Assembly (NCBI GenBank): GCA_028865305.1 | Contig: JAGWKM010000003.1 | Coordinates: 4,820-68,819 of the forward strand | DNA length: 64,000 nt | Reading direction: 5' to 3' | Source: Patescibacteria group bacterium | Lineage (GTDB): Bacteria; Patescibacteriota; Minisyncoccia; UBA6257; 2-01-FULL-56-20 | Shown here: positions 60,077 through 64,000 of the stretch, piece after piece | How the letters are laid out: every line of letters starts with the position of its first letter | How positions within the stretch are numbered: the first letter of the stretch is position 1 | Program-made: the position numbers and the translations under genes | Notes under the pieces: model-generated | Database searches by the model: none | What the model was told of the DNA's origin: nothing | What the model saw: only the letters and a program-made list of their open reading frames with translations

Positions 60077-61243
60077 TCACGCGGCCGACAGCGGTTTCAA
60101 AATGCCGCACCTGTCTTTTATTTCCGTTCCCACAGCTTCGCTGATATTCCTATAGCCGTCTTGCTTTAATAATCTCACGAGGCCTTTATTGATTCTTTTC
60201 ACGGCCATCGGGCCGCCGTAGATGAGGCCTGTTACCATTTGCACGAGCGACGCGCCGGCTTTGATCTTTTCATACGCATCTTCGGCGGTGAAAACGCCGC
60301 CGAGGCCGATCAGGGTATACTTGCCTTTTGTTTTTTCATAAATATGCCGGACGATGTTTGTCGAGAGGTCCCGCATGGGCCGGCCGGAAATGCCGCCTTC
60401 GGGAATGGCATTCAATTGTTCGGCGGACGACCTCAGGTTCAGGATGTCGCGACGTTTGGAAAGGTTCGCGACTACGAAACCGTCAATGAGTTGGATGTTC
60501 TTATTATACTTTTCAACAACAGCCAGAATATCATCCACTTCTTTTATCGTGAGATGGCTTGAGATTTTCAAAAACACCGGGCCGTATTTTTTTTCTTTCG
60601 CAATCGCGACAAGCAAGCTGTCGAGCATCCAAGGATTCTGGAACGTGCAGCCATCCGCCGCGTTTGGGCAGGAAATATTCAGCGTCACATAACTGAAATA
60701 TTGCGCAAGCTGCCGATAGGTGAGCGCATAATCCTCGACCGATTTATCGCCCTTGATGTCCGCGCGGTTCGTCTTCGCGATGTTGATGCCGATAGGGAAC
60801 GCCCGGGCATTCGCCGCCTGCTGGAAATCGGATACCGAAAGCGACTGCATTTTCCGCTCCACGGCATCCGCGCCTTCATTTTTCAAACCATAATAGACGA
60901 TGAGCGACTGGTCTTTCGGCAATCGTGCGAGCCGTTTGCCGGAATTGCCCTCGTAGGGAAGATGGGTGATGGCGCCGACCTCCATAAAGCCGAAGCCGAC
61001 CGAAGGCATGATTTTCGTCAGGTGGACTTCCTTATCGAATCCGGCGCCGAGGCCGATTGGGTTGGCAAAATGGATACCGCGGACCGTGGTTTGCAGTGCC
61101 GGATGTTCATAGCGGCAAAAAGCGGCCACCAGACGGCGTCCTAAAGAAAAATTTCCCAGCGTTTCTCCAATAGACCCGACAAAATCATGGACTTTTTCCG
61201 GGTCGAATTTAAAAAAAATCGGTTTGAGGATGGATTCATACAT
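60077..61243 (-). CDS. pyrD: Quinone-dependent dihydroorotate dehydrogenase (class 2)
   Basis: N-terminal membrane-association helix, then NPIGLGAGFDK, GFGFMEVGAIT, NISCPN and GGVFTAEDAYEKIKAGASLVQ. Confidence 0.9.
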   Translation of the reverse strand: MYESILKPIFFKFDPEKVHDFVGSIGETLGNFSLGRRLVAAFCRYEHPALQTTVRGIHFANPIGLGAGFDKEVHLTKIMPSVGFGFMEVGAITHLPYEGNSGKRLARLPKDQSLIVYYGLKNEGADAVERKMQSLSVSDFQQAANARAFPIGINIAKTNRADIKGDKSVEDYALTYRQLAQYFSYVTLNISCPNAADGCTFQNPWMLDSLLVAIAKEKKYGPVFLKISSHLTIKEVDDILAVVEKYNKNIQLIDGFVVANLSKRRDILNLRSSAEQLNAIPEGGISGRPMRDLSTNIVRHIYEKTKGKYTLIGLGGVFTAEDAYEKIKAGASLVQMVTGLIYGGPMAVKRINKGLVRLLKQDGYRNISEAVGTEIKDRCGILKPLSAA

Positions 61244-61538
61244 ACAATCTTATTCTAGCTTTTACTGCATTTATTTCAAATTTCATTAAATAGTCATTAA
61301 ATGAAATTTGACTTTGAATTTAGGGTCACTAACCTGGAAAATAAAGTCGAAAAATAAGCCATTTTCATATAACATGACCCTGGAAAATCTGGTTCAAATG
61401 AACCGGAAGCAATTCCTGCCGCTCGAGGATAAATGGACGATGGATTTGCAATATTAGGCAGCAAACTCGACGAATTGCTTCGTGATATAAGAGAGAAGAA
61501 TAAACGGGCGGAGAAATTGGAAGGAGCCGTATTGTAAT

Positions 61539-61576
61539 AAAAAATCGGATGCTCCCTTTGGATATCCGAAATTTTT
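61539..61576. terminator. Bidirectional hairpin downstream of rpmA
   Basis: AAAAAA-TCGGAT...ATCCGA-AATTTTT, 2 nt from the rpmA stop. Confidence 0.6.
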
Positions 61577-61577
61577 C

Positions 61578-61853
61578 TTACGCCATCACGCTGACTACCG
61601 TTGCCCTTCTTGGCGAGCCGTCGAATTTTGTCTTGGTTTTTGACGAAAACTTTACAATGCCATTCTTGCCGGCGTAGAGTGTGTCGTCGCCCGCGCGGAT
61701 GACATTCGCGCCCGGCAGGTATTTCGTGCCGCGCTGACGGAGGATAATCTGGCCGACGAGCGCCTTCTGGCCGTCATTGATCTTGACGCCAAGGCGCTTT
61801 GCGATGGAATCGCGGCCTAATTTTGTTGAACCGATAGCTTTAGTATGGGCCAT
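61578..61853 (-). CDS. rpmA: 50S ribosomal protein L27
   Basis: MAHTKAIGSTKLGRDSIAKRLGVK...GQIILRQRGTKYLPGANV is the bL27 signature. Start set at MAHTK. Confidence 0.92.
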   Translation of the reverse strand: MAHTKAIGSTKLGRDSIAKRLGVKINDGQKALVGQIILRQRGTKYLPGANVIRAGDDTLYAGKNGIVKFSSKTKTKFDGSPRRATVVSVMA

Positions 61854-61856
61854 TGC

Positions 61857-61923
61857 GGGGAGAATGAAGAATGAAGAACGAAAAATGGGTAAACCATTCT
61901 GCCTTCTCCAATCTACTTTCTGC
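61857..61923. repeat. Heptad-periodic hairpin element immediately upstream of rpmA (minus strand)
   Basis: ggggagaatgaagaatgaagaacgaaaaatgggtaaaccattctgccttctccaatctactttctgc. Confidence 0.85.
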
Positions 61924-61952
61924 AATAATGAACCAGTCAATTCTATGCTACA

Positions 61953-62705
61953 ATGACCTCAATGTCAACTACGAACAAGCTTATTTTGGACATAGAAACC
62001 ATCGGCGAAGATTTCGATTCCCTGGACCAGGCGACCCGGGAAAACCTGACCCGGTGGATCAAAAAAGATTCGGAAAACGAAGATGAATACCAGCGGGCGC
62101 TTAAAGACCTGAAGGACGGGCTCGGTTTTTCGCCGTTGACGGGCGAGATCGTCGCGATCGGCGTGCTCGATTTCCATAAAAACGAAGGCGGCGTCTATTA
62201 TCAAGCGCCCGGACAGAAAAGTGATAGGGAGCAAGGAACAGGGAACAAGGAGTTGAAAGAAAACGGGATTATTTTCAAAGCAATGACCGAGGAGGAAATG
62301 CTTCGGAAATTTTGGGAGCTTGCGGCGCGGTACCAGGTTTTCATCACGTTCAATGGCCGCGCGTTTGACGTGCCATTTTTAATGGTCCGTTCCGCGATCC
62401 ACGGCATCCGGCCGACGAAAGACCTCATGCGCGGCCGGTATTTATATCAAAACAATCCGGAGGCGCTTCATATTGATCTTGCCGAGCAATTAAGCTTTTA
62501 TGGCGCCGTCCGCCGGAAGGGAAGCCTGCATCTCTGGTCGCGCGCGTTCGGCATAGAAAGCCCAAAGTCCGGAGGCGTGACCGGAGATGATGTAGGCCCG
62601 ATGTTCAAGAAGAAAAAGTTTCTGGAAATAGCAAAGTACAATGTGGGCGATCTGCGGGCGACGAGAGAATTGTATGCAAAGTGGGAGCAATATCTATCAT
62701 TTTGA
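61953..62705 (+). CDS. RNase H-like 3'-5' exonuclease (PolB-exonuclease-related family)
   Basis: LILDIETIG (Exo I), FITFNGRAFDVPFL (Exo II) and YNVGDLRATRELY (Exo III-like). Confidence 0.7.
   Translation: MTSMSTTNKLILDIETIGEDFDSLDQATRENLTRWIKKDSENEDEYQRALKDLKDGLGFSPLTGEIVAIGVLDFHKNEGGVYYQAPGQKSDREQGTGNKELKENGIIFKAMTEEEMLRKFWELAARYQVFITFNGRAFDVPFLMVRSAIHGIRPTKDLMRGRYLYQNNPEALHIDLAEQLSFYGAVRRKGSLHLWSRAFGIESPKSGGVTGDDVGPMFKKKKFLEIAKYNVGDLRATRELYAKWEQYLSF
62225..62252. repeat. GGAACAG-family heptads in frame inside the exonuclease gene
   Basis: atagggagcaaggaacagggaacaaggag encodes DREQGTGNKE. Confidence 0.8.
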
Positions 62706-62711
62706 TTGGGC

Positions 62712-62807
62712 GGAAGCGGACGCGGCATTTTGAAACCTTCTGGCAGGCATGCTGCAAATCAGGAAGGAACATGGCTGACAGTGGTTTCAAAGTGCCGCGC
62801 CCGCTTC
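62712..62807. repeat. Long imperfect inverted repeat (25-bp arms, 45-nt loop) containing GGTTTCAAAGTGCCGC
   Basis: ggaagcggacgcggcattttgaaacc ... ggtttcaaagtgccgcgcccgcttc, with two mismatches. Confidence 0.8.
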
Positions 62808-62837
62808 TGGCCGCTACTTATTTTATTCTGTACAAAA

Positions 62838-62868
62838 GAAAACCCGCCTTTTAGGCGGATTTTCTTTG
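62838..62868. terminator. Bidirectional terminator hairpin
   Basis: AAAACCCGCC-TTTTA-GGCGGATTTTCTTT. Overlaps the stop of the minus-strand gene. Confidence 0.7.
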
Positions 62869-63756
62869 CTGCTGATGGTTCAGCGCGTTCGCTAACGGAC
62901 TGGCGGTCGCGGTCGAAGCATTCGGTGCGGGAGCGTGGTTGCTCACGAAACTGATGGTCGGTTGGACCGGAGCCACAGGAGCCGGAGCGGGCTTTTTGCT
63001 GCTCTTAGCCGATACCGCCGCCGGTTCTTCATTGCCGCCGCGTCCCCAGATAAGGATCGCAATCATCGCAAGCAGGATTACGCCGATGATGATAGCGGGC
63101 AAACGGTTGCCGCCGAAGATCGACGAGGCCACTGCCGCGCCCTGCGCCGCCGGCTGGTTTTGGGCCGGTTGCGTCAGATCCTGTACGGATGGCAAAAGCG
63201 AACCAGAATTCAGGCCTTCGGAGCCATTCCGGGCTGCCGGTGCGGCTGACGGCGAAGGGTTATTCACGGCGACAAGCGGTGCTTGGCCGGCGGATGCGGC
63301 CGGCGTTTCGTTCTGTGCCAAAGCCGAACCCGTACCGTTTTGCATGGAGATCAAAACCGCCGCGAGCGAATTCTCAATGCCGGAAAGCGATTTTGCAATC
63401 ACGGGGCCGTTCTCGGCCAGGAATTGAGGGTTGCTTTGCATGGCATTTTGCAAGCTGACGAGCGTCGTCGCGAGCGACGAAAGCGCCGCGTTGAGCGCCG
63501 CAGCATCAGCCGCGGAAATGTCCGTCGCTGCCGGTTGGGCCGCCGGAGTAATTGCCGCGGTAACCGGGGATTCCGCCGCCGCGCCCAAGTCCTGCCCCTG
63601 CTGCAGCTCGAGAAGCTGTAATTTGGCTTTCATAAGCTGCAACTGTTGCTGGAGGGTCGCTTGGTCGGCCGGCGCGGTTTGCGCATGAGCCAAAGCTATA
63701 GATCCAAAGCTCATCAATGCAAGGGAAAGGAAAATCGAAACAAGTAATTTTTTCAT
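62851..63756 (-). CDS. Secreted Ala/Gln-rich protein with signal peptide and C-terminal TM anchor
   Basis: MKKLLVSIFLSLALMSFGSIALAHA signal peptide. C-proximal LPAIIIGVILLAMIAILIW TM segment. Confidence 0.65.
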   Translation of the reverse strand: MKKLLVSIFLSLALMSFGSIALAHAQTAPADQATLQQQLQLMKAKLQLLELQQGQDLGAAAESPVTAAITPAAQPAATDISAADAAALNAALSSLATTLVSLQNAMQSNPQFLAENGPVIAKSLSGIENSLAAVLISMQNGTGSALAQNETPAASAGQAPLVAVNNPSPSAAPAARNGSEGLNSGSLLPSVQDLTQPAQNQPAAQGAAVASSIFGGNRLPAIIIGVILLAMIAILIWGRGGNEEPAAVSAKSSKKPAPAPVAPVQPTISFVSNHAPAPNASTATASPLANALNHQQQRKSA

Positions 63757-63803
63757 GGATGTTGGTAAAGTTTAATTGCAAGGAGGCTTATACCCGGACG
63801 AAG

Positions 63804-63905
63804 ATAATGTCTAATGGCAAATGGCTAACGAATGTTCCAATGGTGGAAATGTCCGATATCAGACATTTAAGCATTTTTTCCGTTCGTTAGGCATGGGACA
63901 TTTTT
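63804..63905. repeat. Degenerate, GC-richer relative of the family-A element (A7)
   Basis: gtctaatggcaaatggctaacgaatg ... cgttcgttaggcatgggacatt. Same CTAACGAATG/CGTTCGTTAG arm core and GACATT/AATGTC motifs. Confidence 0.6.
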
Positions 63906-64000
63906 CATTCTCTCCGCGCGGGTACAAGCCTCTGACGGCCTTTCAAAAATTTGGCTGTCAAAGAGCTCTGGATGTAATTGTTAAGTCGGCTAATTCCAGT

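Noticed and set aside
61380-61535. Two tiny plus-strand ORFs (27 and 34 aa) in the AT-rich pyrD-rpmA spacer
   Set aside because: They are too short. The second has only a weak SD (GAGGA), and there is no conservation evidence. The coiled-coil-like peptide MDDGFAILGSKLDELLRDIREKNKRAEKLEGAVL is noted but unsupported.
1-64000. tRNA or rRNA genes
   Set aside because: I scanned for T-loop GGTTCGAATCC/GGTTCAAATCC-type motifs with matching acceptor stems and for rRNA-like conserved blocks, and found none. tRNAscan or Infernal would be decisive.

Overview
Bacterial chromosomal window using the standard genetic code: TGA, TAA and TAG all end well-conserved proteins. It holds about 70 mostly short CDS on both strands. 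I saw no rRNA, tRNA or CRISPR array. Recognisable genes: fused zwf-gnd, gap, a PGI/PMI-type isomerase, rpiB, murD, uvrA, uvrC, aspS behind a T-box leader, ndk, pyrD, panD, ribosomal proteins L25/L9/L27, PilC plus a giant pilin-like protein, a six-repeat DUF11 surface giant, and two ABC systems with a MacAB/HlyD-like efflux set. Domain-trimmed AspRS, UvrC and RF1, plus many membrane-anchored hypotheticals, suggest a reduced-genome CPR/Patescibacteria-like organism (inference only; no database search was possible). The main oddity is the repeat architecture. (1) Arrays and hairpins built from 7-nt units (GAGAATG/CTCCATT and relatives) fill intergenic gaps, abut start codons, supply stop codons, and sit in frame inside housekeeping genes, giving MENGEW / SILHSPF peptides. 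(2) A ~150-bp AT-rich palindromic element (arm TAATTAATAATTAATAACGAATG) is present in 6-7 copies around pilus and efflux genes. (3) A 32-46 bp GGATTAGATTCGACG palindrome occurs three times. Two paralogous AT-rich cassettes encode four-helix-bundle (23S-rRNA-IVS / Avd-like) proteins with their own near-leaderless promoters. Both sit next to, or between the half-arms of, heptad palindromes, and one splits an ABC ATPase/permease pair. I rate this the best candidate for an undescribed mobile system. Other candidates: an HTH-DUF4065 (Panacea) toxin-antitoxin pair, a strongly promoted 89-aa protein plus single-ring Clp-D2-like AAA+ operon between uvrA and uvrC, a small hydrophobic-peptide unit, an RF1 lacking domain 1, and a GC-rich island with back-to-back promoters. 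All calls come from reading motifs by eye. Coordinates of non-CDS features may be off by 1-3 nt.
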